Shown one piece after another: positions 35,679 through 35,988 of a stretch of DNA of 35,988 nt. The translations under genes and the position numbers were made by a program. The DNA comes from Bacteroidales bacterium (lineage in GTDB: Bacteria; Bacteroidota; Bacteroidia; Bacteroidales; VadinHA17). Positions within the stretch are counted from its first letter, which is position 1, and the number at the start of each line of letters is the position of its first letter. The notes under the pieces were generated by a model. The model ran no database searches and was not told the DNA's origin. It was given only the letters and a program-made list of their open reading frames with translations. The stretch is from positions 1 through 35,988 of the forward strand of contig JAFGXK010000154.1 in NCBI GenBank assembly GCA_016936695.1. Direction: 5' to 3'.

Positions 35679-35988
35679 TTATTCATGCCTTTCTGCTTTC
35701 TGATCTCTCCCGCTATCCATTCCCTCCTGTCCTTTGTCATCTGCCTTTTCTCTTCAAGATTGGCGGCAAAGAGAGCGTAACTGGTTTCCGCCTCATCATA
35801 AACCGACTGTCCGATTATTGAATCTACATCGTAAAAAGGTCCGATGTGATCGCGTGTATAATCGAAGACACGGTCAATTACTGAAGCATCTATCTTTTCA
35901 ATAACGTTTTGGAGCGTTTCAAGGTATTTACCGTATAGAAAATCATCTGAGGCAATCTTATAATCAAGGTCATCTTCGATTGAAAATA
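35675..35988 (-). CDS. Partial CDS (C-terminal ~104 aa; N-terminus lies beyond the window end), unknown function
   Basis: Reverse-strand frame is open from the window edge: FSIEDDLDYKIASDDFLYGKYLETLQNVIEKIDASVIDRVFDYTRDHIGPFYDVDSIIGQSVYDEAETSYALFAANLEEKRQMTKDRREWIAGEIRKQKGMNK-stop. Its TGA overlaps the ATG of the downstream lipoprotein gene (ATGA). There is a faint, unverifiable resemblance to the C-terminal tails of CotH-family proteins. Confidence 0.55.
   Translation of the reverse strand, partial: FSIEDDLDYKIASDDFLYGKYLETLQNVIEKIDASVIDRVFDYTRDHIGPFYDVDSIIGQSVYDEAETSYALFAANLEEKRQMTKDRREWIAGEIRKQKGMNK

Noticed and set aside
1-35988. Defence island, toxin-antitoxin, prophage, integrative element or biosynthetic gene cluster
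   Set aside because: I scanned all ORFs of 60 aa or more on both strands. None resembles nucleases or ATPases of known defence systems, recombinases, phage structural proteins or secondary-metabolite enzymes. The gene content is core metabolism, envelope, DNA repair and glycan trimming.

Overview
This window is a gene-dense, mostly housekeeping stretch of a Bacteroidota-type chromosome. Supporting signs are exact TAnnTTTG -7 promoter boxes, lipoprotein signal peptides, the flippase-dut-TPR-lipoprotein-LytM gene order, and a GH20/GH2 glycosidase cluster. I call 30 protein-coding genes, two of them truncated by the window edges: uvrC, ade, mnmG, ybeY, dut, pheS, ruvB, nadA, rpiB, hemW, a PurF-like gene and others. 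I found no rRNA, tRNA, CRISPR array, transposase, integrase, phage gene or recognisable defence gene, so there is no convincing protein-encoded novel system. The unusual material is non-coding. (1) A 1.46-kb ORF-free spacer between ade and mnmG (3536-4998) holds a diverged ~344-bp tandem duplication, nested 59-61-bp units and at least 12 copies of a 20-nt GC-rich hairpin (CCG-NN-GGC-TNNA-GCC-NN-CGG). (2) An 817-bp AT-rich spacer between nadA and rpiB contains a C5/G5-rich inverted-repeat element. (3) A GC-rich multi-hairpin element closed by an 11-bp long-range helix lies downstream of the GH2 gene. (4) Two intergenic gaps are built from 7- and 8-bp tandem repeats. The ade-mnmG spacer is my best candidate for something undescribed, such as a REP/BIME-like cluster or a large structured RNA. 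Sequence alone cannot separate that from selfish or neutral repeat DNA.
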